Origin: a virus
Direction: 5' to 3' (one strand)
Length of the DNA stretch: 58,144 nt
IMG/VR virus record: IMGVR_UViG_3300034003_000001
Span: 1-58,144 of that record
Numbering within the stretch: the stretch's first letter is position 1; every line of letters starts with the position of its first letter. The notes under the pieces were generated by a model. The model was not told the origin of the DNA, made no database searches, and saw only the letters and a list, made by a program, of their open reading frames with translations. This document shows positions 1-8,127 of the stretch, in pieces. A program made the position numbers and the translations under genes.

Positions 1-127
1 AAAGCGGCGTCCGGCCCCGTGCGGAACGGCTCGACGCCGCCCGGAGGCGGGGGCGGTAGAGGCGGCGGTTGCTGGTTGCCGCCCGGAGGTACGTACGGTG
101 GCGGGGATGTATTGCCGCCCGGAGGCG
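1..127. repeat. Direct terminal repeat copy A (127 bp, identical to 58018..58144); circular-assembly overlap
   Basis: Read directly: aaagcggcgtccggccccgtgcgg...gtattgccgcccggaggcg occurs at both window ends, 127/127 identical. It lies inside an uninterrupted minus-strand reading frame, so it is a circularisation overlap and not a physical genome end. Confidence 0.95.
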
Positions 128-3100
128 TCGAGGTCCCGCCGCCGGGCAACCCGCCTGCTTGTCCAAGTTTGAGTATGTACGCGTCGAGCATGGAAATTAC
201 ATGCCCTATGCTTTGCGATACGGAGGCATCCCAACCTTGCCACGCGTTCCTCGATATATAGATAAACAGCCCCTCCGCAATGCCCATATCGTTGAGCGAT
301 GTATTGTGCAACTTGGTAAAACTCGTATCAAGGGTGCGGTCCCAACGGAGTATAAACAATTGCGCAGTCGAGCCCTCAACGGCAGGGTCCCATTCACGCT
401 TAAACGCCGCCAAACCCTCACTCATCAAGAGGGCGATCCCAGCCTGCATTTCAGCAAAGATGCCGGACACGTTACCGACGCCCGCCTCGGCGGAGGCGCG
501 TACGGCCTGCATCGAGGTTTGGAGGGCCCCAAAGATTACGCCAATCGACTCGGCAAAGTGTACGGCGTCCGTTTCCCATTGCCCCATAAAGGGCGTGCCG
601 TCCGATCCGCCCCGCATAACCTTGTTGTATTGGTCAAGGGCAAACCATAGATTCGCAAACGCCCCCTCGATTGCACCTGGACTAATCGCTTGGATTTCCG
701 TAACTTGAAGTAGCGGGCCAAACACCTTGCTTACGGCCTCCGAAATGCGGCCCAACGTGTCCGTAACTTCGTTGGTTGTCTTGGATGCGGTCTGCTCAAA
801 TGATGCGGCCCGCTTGTCCCACTCCGCAAGCCAATGCTCATACGCCCGGAAAAAGTTATCGATTTCCTCGTTGGTTGGCATTTTGGCGTCAACGAGGGAG
901 CGTAGCGGGTTTATCATATCAGCGGCGGTACGCGCCCGCTCATCCGCCGCCCGCTTTGCCGCCGCCGCCGCGTCCGCCGGGGTCCCACGACCTGCGTAGT
1001 ATTGGTCAATGAGGCCGGGGTCACTTGTGAATTGGTCGAGCGTTTCCCCGGCGTACCGAGCTATGCGGGCGCGGAGCTTGGCAATAGGCGTACGCTCGAC
1101 AACAAGGGCAATATGGTCAATGGTCTTATCAACCAAATCGTATACGCCCGTTTCCATGTTGTACGAATAGTGCTCCGCAAGTATGCCCCAAAGGTTTTGG
1201 CCCGCCGTCGCCAGATGCCCAACTAGAGCGGGGTCACTGGTGAAATCGGATAGCATTTCACCCGCGTACCGTGCGGCCTTTGCCTTGATTTTGGCCGACT
1301 CGGACCGGGCGGGAACGTCAAGTCCCGCTTCGATTGAATCGGCAATGGTTGAGTGCCAACCCTTTTCAGCGGAATAGCCGAATTCCTCCGCAAGTATGCC
1401 CCAAAGACCTTGCCCCAACCGCTTCATCGAGGGCCCGGCGTCCTCAATCACCCCGTCAACCGCGCCGTCCAGGGCGTCGAGCAACCCGCTCCAATTCTTT
1501 GCATCCCGGATTGCCGCCGCCATGCCCTCCGGCAGTATCTTGCCCCAGGTGCCGACCATTGCCACTAGATGCGCTTCACCAAAGGTCAGCAAGTCACCTG
1601 CTACTTCGCCCCACGCGTTGAGGACAAGTAACTTCGATCCCAAGAAACCTTTTGCCAATCCCATGCCCGCCCAAACGCCTTGCTTTTCGGTTTCTTTGGA
1701 GGGTGATTGACTGTCAAAGGTTGTGTTGATTGAGTTGAGGGCGGATTGAGCCAACGAGCGGGCGGCGGCGGCAACGGACGCCTTTGCGGAGACCAATCCT
1801 TTTACGAGGCCCGCGCCTGCATTGGACCCAACGCCCGAATAAATGGAGGGATCAAACCGGGCGCGGGCCTCCGCAAGAGCGGCGTTGCCGATGGTACTTA
1901 TACCGCCCGTAAGACTCGTGCCGTTCTTTACGACGCCCCCGCCTATAAGGCCGGGGACCGGGGCCCCAACCGCGCCCCATGACCCGCTGGATGACCCGCC
2001 GCCAAAGGCGTTACGGGCCGCGCCTAACGCGTCCGTGCCTAACGCGTCAAAGGAATCGCGTAGGGGTTGCTGAGTATTGTTGGCTACCCCGGCGGCTACA
2101 AGCTCCGGTACGGTCATACCGAGTCGCTCGAGGCGGTCCTTAGTCGATTCCGGCAAATCGATAGTTGAGGGGATTAGCTGGTTGAGCAGTTCATCCGTCA
2201 TACCCGGCAAGGTGCCGAACGCGGAGCGGAACGGGCCAATCAGGGCACTCCCTATTTTTTCGCCCCATTCAAGGGCGGCATCCTCAACGTCGAGCCATAT
2301 GCGGTAAAAGAAACTGTCTATCGCCTCTTGGCGGGACTGTGAATCGTCCGTTTTGAGGGCGTCTCCAAATATGTGCTTGAATATTGCCGCGCCAACTTCT
2401 TCGAGCTTGTCCCACGCAATTGCCTTTATCAAGAATTCCGCAATATCAAGTTTGGTTGTGACCTCTTGCGGGACCGCCGCAACGCCCACAATGGCGGACC
2501 AAATACCCGCCCCGATTAGCTCTTTCGATGCGGCAATTGTTTGGGGTAAATTGGCAACCGCCGTAAGGATGAGGTCAACAAACCCCTGGCTTATGTTGGA
2601 TGTGTCCGCCTCTTTTGCGCCAACCATGCCTGCAACGATGTTGAGCCAAATCTCATCCCAATGCTTTTTGACCTCCGTACCCGTGGCCTCCGGCAATTGG
2701 GGTAAGTCTTTTTGTAGCTTGGGCAACCAAACATCGTTTACGAAATTCCAGCTATCATTGATAGAGATATTCCACGCGTCCGCGTCAATGGAGGCGTTGA
2801 GGTCCGAAATTCCGGTTTCAACGCCCGCCTTTACTTGGGCCGGGTCAAGTTTCAGGTTGGGGCCGTTGGTTGTCCACCACGCTTGTACGGCGGTTACGAG
2901 GGACCGGGCGGAGGTTTCGAACCCCTGTAAGGTTTCCTCGCTTGTAAGCCAACTCCAAAGGGCCATCCCCGCGCCCGTGGCCCCTGCCGCCACGCCCTGA
3001 ATCCCTGTGATTATGGAGTCGGCAAGGCCCGTTACCTTTTCCCCGAATTGCTCCGGATTCTCGAACAGTTGCCCCAATCGCTCGAACAAAGAGGGCACGA

Positions 3101-4715
3101 AGTCCGGGGCGATCTGGTTGCCTATCAGCAGGCCCGCCGCCGCCACGCGGGCGGGCGGGAATAAGAAGCCAACCATCGCTAGGAAATCGACGGCGTTAGA
3201 GGCGGACGCGCCCGGGGCTTGTTGCTGAATTGTGGCGTTTATGGCCGTTGGCAAGCCGTTGGTTAGGTTGGCCGTAAAGGTTGGGATAACCTCATCCTTG
3301 ATGCGTTGCTCCGCTAAGGCAAACCCGGCCTTCGCATCGACAACAAAGGAATCGACCCAACCGGACCCCACGGTTACGGAAAACTCAACAACGTTGGACA
3401 GTCCGGTCCGGATTTCCGGCACGCGGGCGCGGATGTCGTCTCGGAGTGTTACGAGTGCCCCACGCACGCGGGACCCTATGGACTCGCCCTCGCGCCCAAC
3501 GTCTGTAAACGCGTTCTTGACGGACCCCAACCCGTAACTTATAAGGTCGAGCGCGCCCGTAAAGTCCCCCACCCAAATCTTTTGAAGGGCCGGGATGAAC
3601 ATGTTATTTACGGCGTGGCTCGACGTGGTAAAGAGGTCCGTTACCGTCTGGAACGGCGCGCGTAGGCGGTCCACGGCGGCGGTTACGCGCGTGTACGCGG
3701 CCTCCGCCAGATCGAGACCGGAAACCACGCCTGAAACGAGCAGGCCCGCCGTACGCTCGATTGTGCCCATGACCGCCGGGGACCCCAAGATGCCGGCAAA
3801 GCGGATAAGGACGGGTACTAATTGGTCCCCAAGTGTCTGCTTTACGTTGTTGAATCGCTCTTGCAGGGTGAACATCACCCCGTCAAACTGCATGGCCGCG
3901 TTCTTTGCGGACCCCCCGTACTTTTTGGCTAATTCATCTAAAATGAGGTTTTGGGCGTCCATTGTGCGTCCGGACGCAACCATTGCCTTGACTTGTTCTT
4001 TTTGTTGCTCCGTAAAGGTAACGCCCATGCGGGTGAGTGCGGCCATACCCTTTACGGGATCGTTGAGGGCGCGCCCCAACTGCCGGGCGGTCCCATCGAG
4101 GTCCGTCACCTGAGCATCCGCGCCCGCCATAGCTTGCGCCATATCCAAGAGGGTTGCGGTCGCGCGCGGGAATACATCTTTCCCTATATTCGTATAGGTA
4201 AGAAGCATGTTCGTACCGGACGCCACAACTTCATCTGCCACGCGTGAAAGCCCGGACGCGCCCGATAGACTATTTACAAGCCCTACAACCTGCTCTTTGG
4301 TGACGCCCGCCGTCCCGCCCGTCGATTTGAGCACGGCATCGAGCCGCCCCATCTGAGCGGACCATTCCTTTGACTCGCCAATGGAGCTACGTACGAGGTT
4401 TGTAACGCCTCCAATGGCGTAACCAAACCCCTGTATACCCTGAATGGCAAGGCCCAACTTTGCGGCCCCGCCCAAAATCCCGCCAAAAAGCCCGGACCTA
4501 TCGTTGCCGATATGAGGCCGGGCATTTTGGGCCGCACGGCCCATAGCTTGTATATCACGGTTGAGGCGGTCGACCTTTGGAGATGCGCTTTGCGCCGTGG
4601 ACGCGGCCCCGCGCACGTCTTTTTCGAGGCCCCGCAACTGGTTAGATGCACCAGTTGACCCGGTTATGCCTCTTGTTTCAACGTCAACGCGTAATGCCGC
4701 AAGCGTGTTATCCAT
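1..4715 (-). CDS. Tail tape measure protein, N-terminal about 1571 codons. The ORF runs off the left edge and continues at 58017..57819 of the circular genome, about 1637 aa in total.
   Basis: Own translation from ATG 4715-4713 (AGGAG about 10 nt upstream, in-frame TAA 36 nt upstream): MDNTLAALRVDVETRGITGS...TARQLGRALNDPVKGMAALTRMGVTFTEQQKEQVKAMVASGRTMDAQNLILDELAKKYGGSAKNA. This is the signature core of TP901-type tape measure proteins. The track lists no minus ORF in this frame because no stop is reached before position 1. The plus-strand ORFs here are Arg/Pro/Ala-rich antisense artefacts. The gene sits directly after a G/G-T chaperone pair. Confidence 0.9.
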   Translation of the reverse strand, partial: MDNTLAALRVDVETRGITGSTGASNQLRGLEKDVRGAASTAQSASPKVDRLNRDIQAMGRAAQNARPHIGNDRSGLFGGILGGAAKLGLAIQGIQGFGYAIGGVTNLVRSSIGESKEWSAQMGRLDAVLKSTGGTAGVTKEQVVGLVNSLSGASGLSRVADEVVASGTNMLLTYTNIGKDVFPRATATLLDMAQAMAGADAQVTDLDGTARQLGRALNDPVKGMAALTRMGVTFTEQQKEQVKAMVASGRTMDAQNLILDELAKKYGGSAKNAAMQFDGVMFTLQERFNNVKQTLGDQLVPVLIRFAGILGSPAVMGTIERTAGLLVSGVVSGLDLAEAAYTRVTAAVDRLRAPFQTVTDLFTTSSHAVNNMFIPALQKIWVGDFTGALDLISYGLGSVKNAFTDVGREGESIGSRVRGALVTLRDDIRARVPEIRTGLSNVVEFSVTVGSGWVDSFVVDAKAGFALAEQRIKDEVIPTFTANLTNGLPTAINATIQQQAPGASASNAVDFLAMVGFLFPPARVAAAGLLIGNQIAPDFVPSLFERLGQLFENPEQFGEKVTGLADSIITGIQGVAAGATGAGMALWSWLTSEETLQGFETSARSLVTAVQAWWTTNGPNLKLDPAQVKAGVETGISDLNASIDADAWNISINDSWNFVNDVWLPKLQKDLPQLPEATGTEVKKHWDEIWLNIVAGMVGAKEADTSNISQGFVDLILTAVANLPQTIAASKELIGAGIWSAIVGVAAVPQEVTTKLDIAEFLIKAIAWDKLEEVGAAIFKHIFGDALKTDDSQSRQEAIDSFFYRIWLDVEDAALEWGEKIGSALIGPFRSAFGTLPGMTDELLNQLIPSTIDLPESTKDRLERLGMTVPELVAAGVANNTQQPLRDSFDALGTDALGAARNAFGGGSSSGSWGAVGAPVPGLIGGGVVKNGTSLTGGISTIGNAALAEARARFDPSIYSGVGSNAGAGLVKGLVSAKASVAAAARSLAQSALNSINTTFDSQSPSKETEKQGVWAGMGLAKGFLGSKLLVLNAWGEVAGDLLTFGEAHLVAMVGTWGKILPEGMAAAIRDAKNWSGLLDALDGAVDGVIEDAGPSMKRLGQGLWGILAEEFGYSAEKGWHSTIADSIEAGLDVPARSESAKIKAKAARYAGEMLSDFTSDPALVGHLATAGQNLWGILAEHYSYNMETGVYDLVDKTIDHIALVVERTPIAKLRARIARYAGETLDQFTSDPGLIDQYYAGRGTPADAAAAAKRAADERARTAADMINPLRSLVDAKMPTNEEIDNFFRAYEHWLAEWDKRAASFEQTASKTTNEVTDTLGRISEAVSKVFGPLLQVTEIQAISPGAIEGAFANLWFALDQYNKVMRGGSDGTPFMGQWETDAVHFAESIGVIFGALQTSMQAVRASAEAGVGNVSGIFAEMQAGIALLMSEGLAAFKREWDPAVEGSTAQLFILRWDRTLDTSFTKLHNTSLNDMGIAEGLFIYISRNAWQGWDASVSQSIGHVISMLDAYILKLGQAGGLPGGGTSTPPGGNTSPPPYVPPGGNQQPPPLPPPPPGGVEPFRTGPDAA

Positions 4716-4912
4716 GTGGGCGGGACTCCTATTGGGTCCGGCCCAAGCGCATTATTCGTTACATCATCCTTGGGAATATGCCAGCCATACCGAAGTACCC
4801 GCCCGCCAAAATGTTATACAGGTTGGAGGCACCTTGCCGCGCCCCCAACCTGCTTTAGTTTACCACATGTATGTAAGTTACGGATTGCCCACTATGTTGC
4901 TCTAAATAACCC

Positions 4913-4941
4913 TTGACCATGTATAATCCTTATGCTATACT
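4913..4941 (+). promoter_or_regulatory. Sigma70-type promoter P1 (TTGACC-17 nt-TATACT) driving plus-strand cassette 1
   Basis: TTGACC at 4913-4918 and TATACT at 4936-4941, with spacer atgtataatccttatgc. It belongs to a family of five near-identical promoters in this genome. An ATAACCCTT 9-mer overlaps the -35. Confidence 0.7.
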
Positions 4942-4986
4942 GGTAGCAGTTGAGATGATACGATAGCAACGACGGAGGCAATCAAC

Positions 4987-5457
4987 ATGGCACGCAAACA
5001 ATCGCCCACTGTAAAAAAGCAAGTGTACCTGTTTGACTACAAGTACGGCTCACTAGGGGTAATCACCACTAACGTAAACAGGGCAAGGGCGTATATAAAA
5101 GAACGCTCCCACATGTACCCTGATGCTAAGTACGTGGGGATAGATAGCCGCACGACTAAAGAGCAATCCGAATCCTTTACGTTGGGGATAAACGTCCCGG
5201 ATGACTGGAAACCGGAACGCACTACTCACAAGCCTCAAATGAGTGGCGAAACTAAAGAAGTGTTGTGCCGAATTGAGCGGTTTTTGCAAGACGTGGTAAT
5301 GTACCGACAAGAGGAGCGTTCGACCTACACTGTTGAGGAATTAGCTACCGTTAGGGGCGGGGCGTTACTGGACTTTGGCACAACCGCCACAGAGTTAAGG
5401 GAAGCTATAGCGGACATTTACGAGAATGTGTACGACGATTCATATCCGGAGAGTTAA
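4987..5457 (+). CDS. Hypothetical protein (cassette 1, counter-oriented, between the G-T chaperone and tape measure genes)
   Basis: 156-aa ORF with a GGAGG 7 nt upstream of the ATG. It follows promoter P1 and precedes a perfect 17-bp-stem terminator. GC is lower than in the flanking tail genes. No recognisable motif. Confidence 0.75.
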   Translation: MARKQSPTVKKQVYLFDYKYGSLGVITTNVNRARAYIKERSHMYPDAKYVGIDSRTTKEQSESFTLGINVPDDWKPERTTHKPQMSGETKEVLCRIERFLQDVVMYRQEERSTYTVEELATVRGGALLDFGTTATELREAIADIYENVYDDSYPES

Positions 5458-5540
5458 GAGGCACCACACCAACGGAGGCGGAAATCACGTTGGAGCGACC
5501 ACGGGGCCCTATCATGGGCAAGACAGTTAGCCGGGCTACA

Positions 5541-5580
5541 AAAATGAGGGTGTGTACGACTTGGTACACACCCTCATTTT
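5541..5580. terminator. Bidirectional intrinsic terminator between convergent genes
   Basis: aaaatgagggtgtgtac-gacttg-gtacacaccctcatttt: a perfect 17-bp stem with an A-run on one side and a T-run on the other. It lies between the end of the plus ORF (5457) and the end of the minus ORF (5583). Confidence 0.85.
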
Positions 5581-5582
5581 GC

Positions 5583-6685
5583 TTACCATTCCCCGTCCTG
5601 CAATTCCACTTCGTTGTAAACAGCGTCAAAGCGTTCACGCAACCGGGACTCCGCAAGGGTTGGGTCCTTTTCGAGTGCGGCGCGGACCGCTTGCCGGACG
5701 GATAAAAAGTCATGCAACCGGGCGTACCAGAACTGCATGACCTCGACTCCGGGGTCGATTTCCGGAAATCCAAAGAGCGGCCACGGCTTTTGCCCTATCT
5801 CGACCCATGTTACCACGTACTGCAACCACCAGGCGGGCTCTTTCCATTCGGGCGGGTCCGCCGGGTTGTCAAGCAGGTAGTAATAGAGCTTTAGCCTGGC
5901 AAGTTTCCCGATTGCTCTAAGTTGTTGACCGCCCGGAATATGTCGAGGATGACCCAACGGTTTTGCGGGTCAAGCAGGTATTCCATTGTGAACGGGTCAT
6001 CCAACGTCCAACCGTTACAAACCGTTGTGATGTATTTGGCCGTGTCCCGGTAAAGAGCCTCGACCATATGATTGATTCGGTCCGTAAACGTTACGAGTTC
6101 TTGGGCCTCGTTGTGGGCGGGTCCCGCGCCGTCCGCCTCATTCTGCAACCCGGCCCGCACACCCGTTGTGTTGAGGTTATTGATCTGGGCTATGATGCGT
6201 AGTTGCTCCGTTGCAACGAGCGGGTCCTTTGCGATTGCTGGCATGTATTTTACCCGGAGGCGTCCGGGCATTTCGGGGTAAACCTCGACATCCCCGGCAA
6301 TCACGGCACGCAACTCCGCCAACGAGCGGGCGGGCGTTACTGGTTGCGCCTGCTCGTTGCTGATTGTGCGGAGGGCGGTAACGTTGGCGGGCATACCCGA
6401 TTGGTTGATTGCCCCGCCGCTTGCACGCTCATCATCGGGACTCCGCATGAGGATTGGCGCGGGCATGGCCGGGGTGGGCGGCGCGGGCGGCATGGGTTGG
6501 GTTGGCGGCACCACATCGAGGGCCGCGCCGGGGATGCTCGACGTGCCGGGCGCGGGCGTTGGGGCCGGGGTTGGCGCGGAGGCCGCATAGTAAGCGTCAA
6601 TGGCGGTTGCAACGTCATCCGCCGCTTGGGACCGGGCGGCGTCCTGCCGCTCTTGTTCTATAATGTCCAACTGTATTACCTCCAT
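5583..6685 (-). CDS. Tail assembly chaperone G-T fusion made by programmed -1 ribosomal frameshift
   Basis: The ORF 5583..5957 is in the -1 frame relative to 5891..6685 and overlaps it by 67 nt. The slippery site G_GGA_AAC lies on the minus strand (plus coordinates 5903..5909). After the slip the reading continues LARLKLYYYLLDNPADPPEWKE..., matching the 124-aa track ORF. The G then G-T then tape measure arrangement is the canonical one for long-tailed phages. Confidence 0.7.
5891..6685 (-). CDS. Tail assembly chaperone G (zero-frame product)
   Basis: 264-aa ORF immediately upstream of the tape measure region, with a Pro/Ala-rich centre. It contains the slippery heptamer GGGAAAC 12 nt before its stop, and its 3' end overlaps a -1 frame ORF. 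The start may instead be the in-frame TTG at 6670, 8 nt after the GGAGG of a CAATGGAGG leader. Confidence 0.75.
   Translation of the reverse strand: MEVIQLDIIEQERQDAARSQAADDVATAIDAYYAASAPTPAPTPAPGTSSIPGAALDVVPPTQPMPPAPPTPAMPAPILMRSPDDERASGGAINQSGMPANVTALRTISNEQAQPVTPARSLAELRAVIAGDVEVYPEMPGRLRVKYMPAIAKDPLVATEQLRIIAQINNLNTTGVRAGLQNEADGAGPAHNEAQELVTFTDRINHMVEALYRDTAKYITTVCNGWTLDDPFTMEYLLDPQNRWVILDIFRAVNNLEQSGNLPG
5903..5909 (-). promoter_or_regulatory. -1 frameshift slippery heptamer G_GGA_AAC
   Basis: Plus strand reads gtttccc, minus strand GGGAAAC. In the G frame this is tcG GGA AAC, which fits the X_XXY_YYZ pattern (lambda uses G_GGA_AAG). Confidence 0.7.
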
Positions 6686-6724
6686 TGCTTATGCTCGATT
6701 GCTCGACGCACTAGGCGTTCCAGG

Positions 6725-6741
6725 ATGCCCCACGTTGGGCG
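6725..6741 (-). repeat. Dispersed 17-nt motif copy 1 (plus strand ATGCCCCACGTTGGGCG, minus strand CGCCCAACGTGGGGCAT)
   Basis: Exact 17-mer shared with 17401..17417. One-mismatch copies are at 27921..27937 and 32679..32695, all in the same orientation. This copy is intergenic, downstream of the major-tail terminator and about 40 nt upstream of the chaperone G start. Confidence 0.8.
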
Positions 6742-6776
6742 GGGATTGTTTGCGGGGCCGCTTATACCAGTTCGTA

Positions 6777-6819
6777 CAAAAGGACCCGTCCGGGCCGCTT
6801 GGGGCCTCGTACGGGTCCT
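6777..6819 (-). terminator. Intrinsic terminator after the major tail protein gene
   Basis: Minus strand: aggacccgt-acgaggccccaagcggcccgg-acgggtcct followed by tttgt. It lies about 50 nt downstream of the stop at 6871. Confidence 0.65.
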
Positions 6820-6870
6820 ATTATACACTATGCAGGCGGCATGTAAACGACTTACGCCGTTGTAACCCGC

Positions 6871-8085
6871 TTACACAACCGCCAATTTGTTTACAACCTT
6901 GATTTTCATGCCCACGCCCTCAACCTCATCATCGACAATGCGGAGGGAAAGCGGGCGGACCATAAGGCCCCGTTCCGCGTCAAACTGAAGTGGCGCGATT
7001 GCTTGCACGGCCAAATCGACTTGATGCAGGTAGTATGTCGAGGATGCAACGTCGATGACCGGGCCGATAGATCGGCAACGTATCCAAAACGTCTTGCCCT
7101 CCCGCGTGTCCGCCATTGAGAATGGGGCCCGCACGTCGAAGTTTACGGCCAACCACTCAACCGTGCCGTCCGTGATGGAAGTCCCATGCACGGCGGTTGC
7201 CATTGCGGCGGGCTCGGAGGCGGCGGAGGTCCCGCCAACGCGGGCCTTGAAAACAACGGTATGAGTCCCGCCCGCCCGCTTTACGTAGTCCCCGGCCACG
7301 TACACCGTGGTATTGGCGCGGGCGGGCACGGTGTTGGGCGTGGCAACGTCCGTGCCCAAGCGGAGGGTTGCGGTTGCGTCCACGTCCTCTTGTTCAACCA
7401 CGCCGCCAAACGAGCGTAAAAGCTCATTCATGGGGTAGAACGGGGCCAAAAATCCGCCCATGCCAAAGCCGAATTCAAAGTTGCGCGTCATGCGGATGGG
7501 GGCAACATCGAGGTCGTCCATCGACACTTCGGAGTAGAACAGGCCCGTTTGGACCGGGATAACCCGCACGGAGGCAACCTTTGCGGGGCTTGGGGATGTA
7601 GGTTCCGTAAGGACTTGGGCCAACTGCCCTATGAACGGGGCGGTCATAGTTGCGGCCTGCCTCGTTTGGGACACGGTAAACCCGGTGGCAACTACATGGT
7701 TGTACTTGAGCGTCATGCGGGCGTTGGTCTTTTCAACCGTGTAGGTGCGGCGCGAATCTACGCCAACCGTGGGGTTGGTATAGAGGCGGGTATACGAGCC
7801 GCCGGGCCCAACCGTGGGGTCTGCTAACTTTTGCAGGGCGGACTCGTAAACGTAGCAGGACTCCGTAAAGCTAAGAACGCTCGACGCATCCCCGCTTGCC
7901 AGCTCATCCCCCGGTTGGACGCCCTCAACAAGATAGTTGCCCTCCGACTTGAATTCTCCCAGGTTTTCCCATGCTGATTGCAGGGGCAACCGCATGTAAC
8001 GGAGTATCTTGTTGGCGGTCCCGCCCCCGCCCGCACTTGACTCGGAGGCAATACGCATTTTTAAGCCGATTGCGGCATTGTCCAT
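6871..8085 (-). CDS. Major tail (tube) protein with an inserted or C-terminal decoration-type domain
   Basis: 404-aa ORF with GAGGAG upstream, followed by its own terminator as expected for a highly expressed structural gene. It lies just upstream of the G/G-T chaperones and downstream of the head-tail connector genes. It carries a GGTSAASEP...DGTVEW motif that is also present in the 1622-aa distal tail protein. Confidence 0.65.
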   Translation of the reverse strand: MDNAAIGLKMRIASESSAGGGGTANKILRYMRLPLQSAWENLGEFKSEGNYLVEGVQPGDELASGDASSVLSFTESCYVYESALQKLADPTVGPGGSYTRLYTNPTVGVDSRRTYTVEKTNARMTLKYNHVVATGFTVSQTRQAATMTAPFIGQLAQVLTEPTSPSPAKVASVRVIPVQTGLFYSEVSMDDLDVAPIRMTRNFEFGFGMGGFLAPFYPMNELLRSFGGVVEQEDVDATATLRLGTDVATPNTVPARANTTVYVAGDYVKRAGGTHTVVFKARVGGTSAASEPAAMATAVHGTSITDGTVEWLAVNFDVRAPFSMADTREGKTFWIRCRSIGPVIDVASSTYYLHQVDLAVQAIAPLQFDAERGLMVRPLSLRIVDDEVEGVGMKIKVVNKLAVV

Positions 8086-8127
8086 TTTAGCGACTCCTCT
8101 TGTTAGATTTAGACCGGCCCAAAGGGC

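Noticed and set aside
19-4247. Numerous plus-strand ORFs in the first 4.7 kb, for example 69..650 (193 aa), 2353..3000 (215 aa) and 3595..4113 (172 aa).
   Set aside because: Their translations are Arg/Pro/Ala/Ser-rich with no ribosome-binding sites, and they break in all three plus frames. They lie antisense to one continuous minus-strand frame with a clear tape-measure signature. They are artefacts of high GC.
6725-6741. A mini-ORF encoding MPHVGR, created by the ATG inside the dispersed 17-mer on the plus strand.
   Set aside because: The plus-strand contexts differ, have no ribosome-binding site, and lie antisense to the operon. The conservation is at the DNA level, limited to 17 nt.
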